The notes below the pieces were generated by a model, which saw only the letters and a program-made list of their open reading frames with translations, did not search any database and was not told where the DNA came from. DNA of 64,000 bases from Rhynchobatus australiae (Eukaryota), in the NCBI GenBank assembly GCA_034780895.1, contig JAUZTB010000087.1, forward strand, positions 87,678,936 to 87,742,935, in the 5' to 3' direction. Both the position numbers and the translations under genes were made by a program. This document shows positions 13,052-25,293 of the stretch, piece by piece. Numbering within the stretch: the first letter of the stretch is position 1; every line of letters begins with the position of its first letter.

Positions 13052-14754
13052 GTAACCTAGGAAAAGGGAGTGGGTAAAGCATTTTCTCTGACTGCATTAT
13101 GAAAACATTGTTATCGCCTTTTGCTTTCTCACATTTGTTGTGTTAAATTATTTTTTGGACATTGGTGCTGAAAAAAATAATTGGGACTGTCACATATTTG
13201 AAGAGCGTAATATACTGTGTACCTCTTATGTAAATAAGATATTATTTTCTAGAAAATATTCACCTTGTGGTTAAGGCTCTTCCAGCTTTATAGATGAGTC
13301 AGTTTCACATGGATTTTCTCGCAGTTGCAATTGACCAGCCACTTGTTTACCTTGATTTTGTATAAGATGTGCTTTATTGAAAACATGTTGACATTTTAAT
13401 CATGTAGATCTATCTTAGAGTTATTGCTGTTTCCAGTTTATTAGAGTCCTTTTAAATTCAGAGTAGAAGCATAAAATGCCTCAAAGGTGATTATTACAGA
13501 GAGATTCTGCTGCAGTATATTGTGACATCCAGATTTATGGTGAGGAGGAACGTTGATGCCACTCGGAAAGGATTAAGAGGGAATGAGATGAGGCAACTAC
13601 TTATACTCTGAGGTGGTACAAGTAAGGATTACTGTGATGCATCACCTGTTCAGTGATGTGTATGATTTTTAGTTTCCTGCAGGCTGTTGATGCTGTGATA
13701 CTAAAACAAGGCTTTGACAGAATAGCTTTGCAGGGAGGTCCTAGGGCACGTTTCAGCTGCATTACTTTATAAAATAATGCAGAATTCATGAGGTTCATTG
13801 CTTCTGAATATGGATCCTCTTGTTAGCCCTTTTGGGAATTACAGAAGCCTTTTAAAGCAGAGAAGATAAGATTTCTTTATTTGGGTAGATGTATAGGAGA
13901 TTGTGAATGAAATATTCAGTTTATTTACTATTCATATTCAATGATATGCTTTACACAGGATGAGCCCAGTGGTTTTCAGCTTTCTCCCTTTGGAAAGTTA
14001 AGTAGACTGTGTGCCACAATGAGTAGCTGTTTATTCTCAGCGAGATGTCATGTGGATATCCTGTGTTTTACCTGTTTTGGTGGCAGATGTCCTGCTGTAA
14101 ACACCATGAATCAGAGAGCGCTTCACTGAATGCATTAGTCTTAGTCAGTGAATTGATACATGCTCTTTGTTTGCTCCTCATTCCAATCTATTTTGCATGG
14201 GACAAGTGGGCACTGGGGTACAGGGTTATATCCTGAAAAGAGAAGAGAGCACTGCATTTGTGGGAATAGATGATCCACCTGGTGTCCAGGTATCATGGAT
14301 TGATGGTGTGGAGGGACTTGGTGGTGAAATCTGAGGGTGCGCATCACTCAGCTGTTCAAAACAAGGGCAAATTAGAGTGCATTAGTAATAGAATTAACAG
14401 GACTTCAATGAGGATGTTAAAACTAGCATGCAACAGATTGCTGTTAAAGGATTATGTAAAGAGATAAATATTGTAAGCAGATTCCTGCATCTCTAATTTT
14501 GAAATCCTGAACAAAGTTTGTTTTTACTTTCCCAGCCCCTGCTCTGCCCTGGATTCTGGTTTTTTTTTTGTCACGTTTTAATTCTTTAGAACGTCACCCA
14601 TGCCAATAAATGGAGTTCATTGAGCATCTGCTGCTGTTGTTAGGCCTGCTGAGTTTGGGTTTTTCATAGTGGGGTATAGAATAAGTTGTGTTCTGCTTTG
14701 CCCCAGATGTGCCTTAGCCCATATGATAAGCTAGAAGCAAATATCACTGTATTA

Positions 14755-16152
14755 AAGCAACACACAAGATGCTGGAGGAACCCAGTGGGTCAGACAGCAT
14801 TTATGGAGGGAAATGGACAGTTGATGTTTTGGACCGAGAGTCTTCAACTGGACTGAAAGATAGAAGGGAGATAGCCGGTATAAAAAGGTGGAGGGAAGGG
14901 GTAGAGCAAGAGCTGGCAAGTGATAGGTGGATCCAGGTGAGGAGGGGTAAAGGTAGATGGGGAGAGGGAGTGGCCATAGCGACAGACTGGGAGGTGATGA
15001 GTGGAGGTGACAAAGGGCTGAAGGTTGTGGAATCTGATAGGAGAGGAAGGTGAATCGTGGAATAAAGGGAGGGAGGTGGGGAGGGCCGAGGGGAACAGTG
15101 AGAGGAGAGTGTGGGTAATGGGCAGGTGGAGTGAGCGGAAGAGGGGAAAGAGACATAGTGATGGGGGGCTGGGGTGTGCAGGAAAAAAACTGGGAGGAGA
15201 GAGAAAAGGGACAGGCAGAAGCAGCTTATCGGAAGTTGGAGAATTCAGTGTTCATGCCGTCAGGTTGTAGACTACCCAGGCGGATTGAGAGATGCTGTTC
15301 CTCTAGTTTGCCTTCAGCCTCGCCCTGGCGGTGGAGGAGGCCGAGGACAGACGTGGGAGTGGGGGGGAGGAATTAAACTGGCTAGCAAGTGGGAGCTCTA
15401 GATGCCAGGGTGGACTGAGCACAGGTGCTCGGCGAAGCAGTCGCCCAGTTTGCACATGGTCTCCCCGATGAAGGGGAGGCCACATCGGGAGCACCGGATG
15501 CAATAAACAAGGCTGGAGGATCTGCATGTGAATGTTTGCCTCACCTGGAAGGTCTGTTTAGGGCCCTGCGTGGTGGTGAGGGATGAGGTGTAGGTGTTAC
15601 AACTACACCAAGTGTCGGTGTAGGGACAGGTGTTACTCCTACTCCTAACAGGGGAATGTGCCTGGAGAGCGGGAGGGATGATCTACACAGTTCTTGCTAC
15701 ACTCATCCCAACCCCCATCACCATATTTCTATCCCCTCCTCCATCTGCTCATTACCCATACACTTCTCCCACTGGTTCCTCCCTCCCCTCCACCTCCGCT
15801 GTTACCCTCAGCCCTCCCCATCTCCCTCCCTTGATTCCATGCTCCACCTTCCTCTCCTATCAGATTCCACTATCTTCAGCCCTTTGTCACCTCCCCCATC
15901 ACCTCCCAGCTGTCTGCTTATCACCCCTCCTCACCTGGATCTACCTATCACTTGCCAGCTCTTGCTGCACCCCTTCCCTCCACCTTTTTATTTAGTGGCT
16001 TTCTTCCCTCTATCTTTCAGTCCGGCTGAAGGGTCTCCATCCGAGACATCAACTGTCCATTTCCCTCCATAGACACTGTCTGACCCGCTGAGTTCCTGAG
16101 GCATCTTGTGTGTTGCTCCAGATTCCAGCATCTGCAGTCTCCTGTGTCTCCA
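14755..16152 (-). mobile_element. Penelope-like retroelement remnant with inverted pseudo-LTRs
   Basis: 14755-15170 is the approximate reverse complement of 15705-16120; the internal minus strand reads VYCIRCSRCGLPFIGET..LGDCFAEH, a GIY-YIG endonuclease signature. Confidence 0.85.
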
Positions 16153-18236
16153 TCACAGTATTAAATATAACCTATGAACCTAACTTTCACCATTTTCCAT
16201 TCAAGCTGTTTTCATACGACTCTGAGCAACAGTCATTGATTGTATGTTTATATGCAATTATAGATTAGTGCAGAGAGGTACCTCCTGGATAAAATCGACT
16301 TTAAATCTAAAAGAATGTTGCAGCCCCCACAAGCAAGATTTGTTTAATCAAGCCCCTCCTCATTAAGCTGTGCTAAATACACATCCCAGTCCTAGTGCGA
16401 TAACCCACTGTGCCACCTTGTGATTCAATAACTTTTTAATATGAAATATATTTTTCAGTTATTTTCCATGAAATATAATAGCCGTTTCATTAAGCACTTT
16501 CCAATATATTTATAAAATATATCAGAAAGCCTTGGAGTGTTAGAAGGTGAGTCACTTGTTCCAGGACATCAAGCCTTTGATCTGAACTTGCAGCCAGTCT
16601 TTATGTAGCTGGTTCAGTTCAGTTTCTTGAGGAGGGTAAAACCCAGAGACTAAGGAAAAACTAAATTAAAACAGTATATTTTTTCAGTTACATTTTAGTG
16701 TTGCATTTGGGAATGAAAGTACATTTAGGGAAAAGTACTGAAAAGAAATAATGAAATGGAACATTTGAAAACTGAAGCATTCAAGAATTAATGAATAGAA
16801 CTCAGTTGCCCTTACTGTGAAATGAAAATAAACAATATCCTAAAATAGAATATTGAGGCTTAGTATTTCGTAAACCCAGCTGTGCTCTCCAAATCGACAT
16901 CACATTTCAAACAACCCCNNNNNNNNNNNNNNNNNNNNNNNNNNNNNNNNNNNNNNNNNNNNNNNNNNNNNNNNNNNNNNNNNNNNNNNNNNNNNNNNNN
17001 NNNNNNNNNNNNNNNNNNCCTCCTGTTGGTTTTGAATAAGCAACAACCCTTGTGCATTTAACATAGTAAAACATCTAGAATTCTTCAGAGGAACATCATT
17101 TAAGAAAATTTGACACTGGCATAATTGCAGGAGCGAGATTACCTCAGTGCTGAAGGAGCTTACAGTAATGGGGAGGGATTTGAAAATGTGTATTTTAAAA
17201 TTTAACCGCCACATAATTGGAAGCTATTAGTAGGAGAGCGCAGGATCTGGTGCAAATTAGAACATGGGCAGTAGAGTTTAGGATGAGCTAATTGCTAAAG
17301 GTATAGGTCTTTAGGGAAACTTGCAAGTGGTGGTGGGTGTTTTGTACCTGCTTATGTTAGGATTTTTATAATTTCATTTCCTTCCTTTTGATTTAATAAT
17401 GAAATGGTAGATACAATAGATTTATTTCAAGCAGAATAGTTGAATGAGACTGCAAATAATTATTATAGAACTTAAAGAAATTGTAAGATTATCAATAGCT
17501 GATTAACAATTCCTCTGCTCCCACCTCCCAATTTCTGTAATTAAGTGCTGGCACCTGTTTATCTTTGTGAAAATGATGAGCAACTGTAGTGCAGTAAGCA
17601 CATTGGCCTTTGAGTGAACTTTCGCTATCCGAGAGTCACTGGATAGTGATCAACAGAATGTTGGCTGAGTTATTTCCCAATTTTTGGTGCAGGATCTCAG
17701 TTGTGCATCAGCTGTCATCTTGGCCCCATAACAGCTGATGACCAGTAATATTTACTCTTTCAGCCATTCGGGGAGTCCATCAATTTTATAATGGGAAGCA
17801 CACTTTGAACAACAGCAAAACTGGATTATATACTGGAATCAATTTTTCTTCTGTTTAAGAACACTAAAGTGCTAAGAGAAACAAACCAAGTCAATAACTA
17901 ATAATTTCAGGAATTTTGTTTTTGAATAAATGTTGCAAGTGGAAGGGATATTGGATTCTAAGGAGGTAGAATGATACCAGTTATCTATCTTGGTAAAATG
18001 CAGCTGCTATAGTGTGTTGTTAAGATCCTAGTCTCTATGGCTTTGCAAAAGCTTTGCACCATTGCTAATGCCACTTTCAAGCTCTATAATGAAGTTTTGA
18101 ACAAATAGGATATAAATAGTTGTAGGAATGATTATAAAGTGAATTGAGTGCATACATCAAATATTTGTTTTTAAAATTTTCTATGAAAATGGAAAGAATA
18201 AATTTAATTTGTTTGCTCTTTTTGTTCCTTGGACAG

Positions 18237-18341
18237 ATTTGGGATTGTCCCCCCATCTCACAGCCCTGATGGCTGGTGGACAATCACTGGGTCATAGCAG
18301 TAGTACTGGGGACACTGGATTTAGCTTCTCTCAGGACTCAG
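18237..18341 (+). CDS. GPR161: GPR161 coding exon 3, 105 nt
   Basis: gacag|AT acceptor; reads [35 protein letters not shown]; donor G|gtaat; phase 1-1 fits its neighbours. Absent from the ORF track. Confidence 0.96.
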
Positions 18342-18576
18342 GTAATTGTTCTTAATACTTAAAGCTGGCACTTGACAAGATGAAGGCCACTTGATGTAAA
18401 GACTGCATGTATTAAAAATTGACAATCTCCCCAACCATTTTTAAGTGTAACATTGCATTTATTGAATTGGTAAGGTTTGTCATTGGATTTGTTAGACAAA
18501 ATCATCCCCAGAATGTGATTTTGCTCGCATTGACTTAGCTGTATGAGTTATAACTAACAAGGTCATATAACTAACA

Positions 18577-18816
18577 TGTTGCATGCCCCGACACACCANN
18601 NNNNNNNNNNNNNNNNNNNNNNNNNNNNNNNNNNNNNNNNNNNNNNNNNNNNNNNNNNNNNNNNNNNNNNNNNNNNNNNNNNNNNNNNNNNNNNNNNNAT
18701 TCCTGAAGTATTTCCTCTCAGGTCTGCATGCACTCTCTGGAAGACCTGAGAGGAAATACTTCAGGAATATGCAGTGTCATACTCAAATGCTTGCTGGTGT
18801 GTCGGGGCATGCAACA
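18577..18816. repeat. Long inverted repeat interrupted by a 100-N gap
   Basis: 18577-18598 is the exact reverse complement of 18795-18816; 18699-18725 is the exact reverse complement of 18742-18768; 16-nt loop. Confidence 0.9.
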
Positions 18817-19447
18817 GCTAAAGATTACTTTGTTTCTGAAGTAGCTTGAACCTGACATCTTTTGAAATGTGCAAGTTTTGTCCTTTTAGTTTATTCAGTT
18901 CCTTGACCCCATTATTTCCTGAGGGAAAGATAGTGATCGTAGAATTCCATTAAACATTTTTCTTTAGCCTTTTCTTTTAATCAGGTTAATATGTTGTGTT
19001 TTCACTTCCAAGGCTTGGTCTAATCTGATGCTATTGTCACCCCAGTTCCTGAAGAGCTCACATTAATAAACAGCCCACAATTAATGGTTCAAATTATAAT
19101 CTATACAATAGTAGGCACAGTCCTTCTCCAGAACCAAAGGATTTTAATCCACTTTGGCAGTCCAGTCCAGCACTAAGAGAGTGTTACGCTTTCAGAAGTG
19201 CAATCTTATAATTATATTCTAAATGTAGGACCTACTTCAGTTCCAGCTGAAGAGTGTTGTTGTACCACAAGAAGTCCTAGCCAACATTCCTTTCACAGCT
19301 AGTAAACTCTTAAAACGTGTGGAATATTTCTAAGGAACTGGGATTTATTGTGCATGTTTTACATCCATTCTAATATGTAATTCACAAAAACCTGTGTTCT
19401 GGTGTTGTATTGTCTCAATTCATATCTTTTCACAAACTATATTTTAG

Positions 19448-19567
19448 GCACTGATGTCATGCTATTGGAAGATTTCAATTCAGATGGAACTCATTATTCA
19501 TACCACAATAACTATCCAAACAGAAGACGGAGTTCTGTGACAATTGGTGAGCTCCCAGAATCACAAG
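19448..19567 (+). CDS. GPR161: GPR161 coding exon 4, 120 nt, with PKA consensus RRRSSV
   Basis: ttttag|GC acceptor; reads GTDVMLLEDFNSDGTHYSYHNNYPNRRRSSVTIGELPESQ; donor AAG|gtattt at 19567/19568; phase 1-1. Confidence 0.93.
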
Positions 19568-20574
19568 GTATTTATAGATGTGGTTTCTATTTCTGAGCTT
19601 TTTCCTTTAACGACTTTTTTGTGTGTTGCCATGCAAACCTCATCAAAACATGCGAGTCTCCATCTCAGATAATTAAGAAATACATTTTTTATGTCTGCCA
19701 AAGATGGAATGTGTATTCTTTCCCAATGGACATATACCAATCAGCAGTGTTTAGGGTTCATGGTTAGGGGCTTTAACTAGACAGAAGCACTGTGGAGTTT
19801 AAACAGCTGAAACCATCTAACTTGCCACCACAAAGTACGGTAATAGTTCTCTTATCCAGCTAGACACATACCACTTTGCAACGTCAGCTGTAGCTTGGTG
19901 GAAACAGTTCCAGTTAGCAGTGCCAGACACAACCCTCTGGATTTCATTAGTGAACTAGGAAGCTGGTTGATTGATTTTCAACAGTGGCCAATACCCTGCT
20001 TTAGGTATTAGCAAGTTTTCTTGTTTGAACCANNNNNNNNNNNNNNNCAAGGTGGTGGGTTTGGGCCTTTGCATGCTAAGCAGCAAGTACCAGTAAAGTG
20101 GCATAGTGCATAGGATAGTTCCTTATAGTTCTGCCCCCTGAAGAGCAGAGTGTGGACATATACCATACCCAGTCTATGTTGGTCCCAACATTTGGGAAAC
20201 CAAGAACAGAAGTAGACCAATTAACCTTCAAGCCTCTTCTGCCAATGACTGAGACCATGGCTGACCTGTGACCTAGCTCCATGTAACTGTCATTCTCTTC
20301 TCAATACTGGTTATCGATCTTGCATTTAAAGTTAACAACTGACCTTGCATTTTTTGCCCTTTGTGGAAGAGTTCTGAATTTCCACGTAGAAGTATTTTCA
20401 ATCATTTCTGAAAGGTCCCATTTAGGTCGTAGACAACATCATTTTGTCCTCTACTTCCATACCAACAAGTAGTTTCTATCCATGCCAAACTACTTCTTCA
20501 TGGTATCTTGAAAACTTCAATCAGATTACCCCTTTAACTCTGAGATTCTACTGCATATTGCTTTAGTTTCAGTA

Positions 20575-21060
20575 ATCTCTGAGTTGTACAACACAAACTG
20601 GCCCTATGGCCCACAATGTCCATGCTAGCCGTGCAGTACCTCTCTACTCCCCATTTACTAACACTTGCTCCATAGCCTTTTATACATTGGCAATTCAAGT
20701 GATCGTCTGGATACTTACTAAATGTTGTGAGAGTACCTGCCTCCAACCCCCACTCAGATCCTAACCACCCTCTGGACAAAAAAGTTCTTCCTCAGATCTC
20801 CTCTAAACTGCTTATTCCTTACACTAAACCCATGCCCTTCAGCTTTAGACACCTCCCTGATATGGNNNNNNNNNNNNNNNNNNNNNNNNNNNNNNNNNNN
20901 NNNNNNNNNNNNNNNNNNNNNNNNNNNNNNNNNNNNNNNNNNNNNNNNNNNNNNNNNNNNNNNNNCCTCCCTGATATGGGGAAAAGTTTCTCAGCATCTA
21001 CCGTTACCAATGCCTCTCTATTAGGTACACTCTGAGCCTCCTCCAGGCTAAAGAAAACAA
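20575..21060 (-). mobile_element. CR1 LINE 3' fragment
   Basis: Resembles the reverse complement of the CR1 ORF2 end and 3' UTR seen at 43.5-44.2 kb and 63.3-64 kb. Confidence 0.65.
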
Positions 21061-22313
21061 ACCTTCTATTTATATTATTGACATACATAGAGACTGAATA
21101 ATTCTGGCCTGAGTAATAATCACATCCTGTCAAATTGAGTACCTTCTCTTTCCACAATTGTCTATTCTATGCCACTTGGCCAATTTCCTAGTCAGGTCAG
21201 TAAATAATGGTTAATTCTATGATCTTCAATTTTAGACGTCTGTTTCTTTTTGAAATGTCTTCTGGAAGTTCAGATAAACAATCCCTTGTTATCTCCCCAT
21301 CCACCACTATAATTACCTGTTTAAAACAAATATCCAGCTTGTTCATTAGATATTCTCTCCCCATTACAAATGTGTGCTGGCTCTCTCAGATCAATTGAAA
21401 ATTCTCAGTGTTCAATCCATTCATGATTATACTTGTTGACAATTATATCCTGGCATCATACGTTTGGCCAACGGGTTAATAATTATATGGCTCCCCCTCT
21501 CATAGCACTTAGTGAAGTGTGCAGTTTCAAGTCTGAAGGAACAGTTGCCGCATAGAGAGAAATAAGGAAAATTACAGTTAGGGCAAATATGTTGCATCTT
21601 GGAATCATTATCTTCTTCGTTCTNNNNNNNNNNNNNNTAATTTTGATGAGAAGTTTTCTCTGATATATTTTCAAGGAATATGTGGGATTCTATCCTTTAT
21701 TTCTCTCATCATGTACAGTTATATGTAGAGCTTGAGCTACATCACCATTTTTGTTTGGATCTTCTTCCTGATGCCAAATGCAGTGTATGTTTAGTGTGTG
21801 TACATTCACATTATACCTGCTTTCAGTTAATAATTTCTATCAGCTACACAACATTAAGTATTTTTGCTTGGATAGCTTGCAATGTGCCAGGTACCTTTTT
21901 GTGTACACATCTGTAACCGCACTGGTACATTGCTGTCGTTGATCAGGGTGGTCAGAGTGATGGAGGGATGTGGTGACATTCAAAGACTTAAGAATCTTTA
22001 GTCCCTTCTCGCTACAAACCTGAAGAACCTCTGTCTATGCATAGTTTAGCATTCATCAGGACCTGTTGTGAATTATCAGATTATCTTTTTAGATTTCAGA
22101 TGTGGAGAGCATTTACAGCATACCTTCTCTTTCTCCCAGTTAGTTCATTTTCTATGCTGGGTAAGTCTGGGAAACATTAAAAAGCACTGTATATTGGAAT
22201 AATATTACAGCAAGGCCTTCAGGAAGCAAGGAGAAAATTACTAGAAAAAAAGATACTAGGTTGCACTTTGGTTTTAAAAAATAATTAAATATCTTATTTT
22301 ATTCCTTTTGCAG

Positions 22314-22525
22314 AGGAGGTTGACCAGTCTTCAGTCCTGCAAATCAAGGCAGATGTTCACAAAACTCTGGACAATTTTGCTGCCAGTTTGGCCAAAGCTA
22401 TTGAGATGGATGCCAAAATGAGCCTATTTGGGGAGAATTGTTTACCTGGAGATTTGTTTACTGTTATTAAAACTGTACCTGGAGGTACCAGCCAAGCAAC
22501 CAAAATCTCATCAGATCAGAGATGA
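22314..22525 (+). CDS. GPR161: GPR161 terminal coding exon to the first in-frame stop (TGA 22523-22525); frame stays open to TAA 22592-22594
   Basis: ttttgcag|AG acceptor; reads [49 protein letters not shown]...SDQR*. Contains the PKA-RI-binding amphipathic helix region. Spliced CDS is 506 aa to the TGA or 529 aa to the TAA. Confidence 0.92.
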
Positions 22526-23535
22526 AGGCTGGAGAGTATAGATGAAGGAATTGTTAATGATGGCACAGAGGAAGAGAATGCTCTGGAGGATTAAAGCAAA
22601 CATTCAATGTAGAAAAGACATTACGTTTATTTCTGGTGCGTTACATGGCTGAGGCTTAAAAAGTATCTATTAGTATGCCTTCATTTGTNNNNNNNNNNNN
22701 NNNNNNNNNNNNNNNNNNNNNNNNNNNNNNNNNNNNNNNNNNNNNNNNNNNNNNNNNNNNNNNNNNNNNNNGAGGTTGGCATCTGCACCATCTTATTGCT
22801 AATAACTTTGCTGCAATTGTGTTAATTCTAGAAAATAAATATTTTTGCCTTCCATTAGTGACTTCAGTTGAGAGCAGTGTCAATGCCTGCCTTATTGGGA
22901 ATGAGAATGGGCAGTCAGTCAGCTGGCTTCAGCAGCAGGTTTTTCATGAAGATATATCAAGTAATTAAAAACTACGCAATTCCATGTCTTGAGCCTCAGT
23001 CTGTGTTCCAAACAAAAATTATGGTGAAGGTGTTTGGGGTGCTGGAAAGGGGCAAAGAAAGAATGCAAAGAATATGTCAAGTAATAGTTCTTTCATATGG
23101 GCAAGAAGTTACTCTTAAGTTTCAGTTTAAGAGTTAGTTCTAGTTTGACAAACCCATAGATTATATAGTTTTGAGATGTTTATAAAATTAATGAACTAGA
23201 GGTGCTGCTTCATTTCCCTTTTAAATGTTTTGTTAGGTATTGATTTTTTTTAATGTCACCAAGGTTTTTGGATGCCTGTGGAAATGTGCAAGACCCAACA
23301 GGAATAGAACGTAAGCCAATACTGCACATTGCTGAGCATTATGGTTCTGACTTCAAATTATAGTAAGTGTACTATTTAGCAAATACTCACTGTCAAGTGT
23401 TCATGTTTCTAAGCCATGTACTAGTCAATTTTTAAAAATTTGGACAATTTATGTCTAAATTGTGTAGGTCAAACTAAAGTGTATTGAAGATTTGTAAGTT
23501 AAAACAAATGACAAATAGTCATTGCCATGTTTTAT

Positions 23536-23546
23536 ATTAAAATAAA
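23536..23546 (+). terminator. Candidate GPR161 polyadenylation signal
   Basis: Overlapping ATTAAA/AATAAA about 950 nt after the CDS, followed by T-rich sequence. Other AATAAA hexamers at 22834 and 23706. Confidence 0.45.
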
Positions 23547-24299
23547 CCTGAACAAGTTATATTAACATTTATCTTTCAATAGGTTTGACTGATTTTAAAT
23601 ATCTTACTATGCTTGTTCTTGGTGTCAAGTGCACTGAAGTGGGGTAAGGTCCGAGGACACCAGAGGAAAGGTAGAGTTGTGTGTTTGGCTGCTGGGGATA
23701 TCAAGAATAAATGAAACCTAGATATGTATAAATATGGTTTTAATATTTGCTATAATGTTTTATGAGCATTAGAGTTCCTGGACAATATTATTACATTGGA
23801 TAAGTAAATAAGATGGAGATGCAGTATATGGTAGGAATACTTATCAACATGATTATTAAATGGCATATCATATCTGGTATATTCATCTCTGCTATGTTAC
23901 CTTTTCAGCTTTAGAAAAGTATTATCAATAATTACTTCTCTTGTTGGACCCAAGTGTATAAAGCAAAAATGCATGTTAGAACTGGCAAGAAAGAAATTAG
24001 TCATTTGGCTGTATTATATTACTTAACTCTTCAGGAGAGAATAGTTAACATATTTATTAACCCTTCAGGAGAGTTAGTAAACTTAGAGGTGTTTATTTAA
24101 GTCATTCTGTGAGGCAAATTGCACAATTTGAGTTATCTTCTTTGAGCTGTCATTTACAAGGGGCAATGTGAAAATATTGACTTTATACACAGCATATTAC
24201 AGTCTCTCTGACCATGAAACACAAGTTAGGATGCAGTACTTAAGGAATAATTGTTGAAGCCCCACTTGCAGTTCAGTTGACTTTTTGTTTAAGGAGGAA

Positions 24300-24730
24300 T
24301 ATACTTGCATTTGGGAAGTTTAATGAAGGGGTTGGCTAATGAGGAAAAATTGAGCAGGTTGGCCCTGGAGTCTATGGAGAATAGAAGAATGAGGGGTGAT
24401 CTTATTGAAATTGAAGATTCTGAAGGAGTTTGACAAGGTAAAAGAATTCCCCACAAAAGGGAAACAAAAACCAGGGAGTATAATTTCCGACTAAGGGGTT
24501 AAGTCAGATGAGGAGAAATTTCTTCTGACTGTTGTGAACTGTGGCATTCTCCTGGAGAGCTATGAAGATTGAATCAGTAAACATTCAGGCTGAGGTTAAG
24601 CGATTTTTGAACTATGTTACAGAAAAAGACAGTAAAGTGGAACTTGTGTCAAGATTGGTATCAGTCATGACCTTATTTGAATGAAGAAGTAGGCTTGAGT
24701 GGTTTGTTGCTCCAATTTCTTATATTCTAT
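24300..24730 (+). mobile_element. CR1 LINE 3' fragment between the two converging genes
   Basis: AGAAGAATGAGGGGTGATCTTATTGAAA (RRMRGDLIE), GATGAGGAGAAATTTCTTC and a CR1-type tail. Confidence 0.75.
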
Positions 24731-25234
24731 GTTGGAACTTTCAACCTTTTTAGTGGGTCACAGGAAAAACTAATGTAATTCTGATTTTTGGTGCACCAAC
24801 TGACAATTAAACCAGTAGTTTTTTTAAACAACCAGAAACTTTAATGAATTTCTCTTCCCCCCCNNNNNNNNNNNNACATGCATAACAGCAGGTTTAGAAA
24901 GGTTTCATCTTAACCCTCTTACTAGTGTTTTTTAATCTTCACACTCAAAACACTGATCCAAGCACATACAGTTGCACATTAGAGAATATTGCACTTGAAA
25001 CCTCCAAGCATCTCATCCACAGAACATAATAATTAAAAGCAACTTACTTATTCTTTCCCACCTTTCTCATCCTAATTCATGCACACATTTTGCACAAAGA
25101 AATATTCATATTAAATGTACCCTTTTTTTTCCAGAAAAGGAACTAAAATAACACTAAGGCTTTGTACGGAAAATATACTAAATTTTCTGTAATACAAATT
25201 TCTTGATGCTCTTTTTTTGAATCTGGACAATTAA

Positions 25235-25293
25235 TTATTCATCATCTTCATTCTCTTGACCAGAGCCTTCTGAACGGTCACCTTCCAACCGAT
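25235..25293 (-). CDS. DCAF6: DCAF6 last coding exon
   Basis: Minus strand cacag|AT CGG TTG...; reads (D)RLEGDRSEGSGQENEDDE* with TAA at 25237-25235, the DCAF6 C-terminus. Confidence 0.96.

Noticed and set aside
22946-22993. AUGA...AAA...UGAG arrangement in the GPR161 3' UTR as a possible SECIS for the in-frame TGA
   Set aside because: By eye the helix is only about 6 bp and out of register with the GA quartet, and the homologous residue is not Cys. Part of the UTR is an N gap, so a SECISearch run would be needed to close the question.
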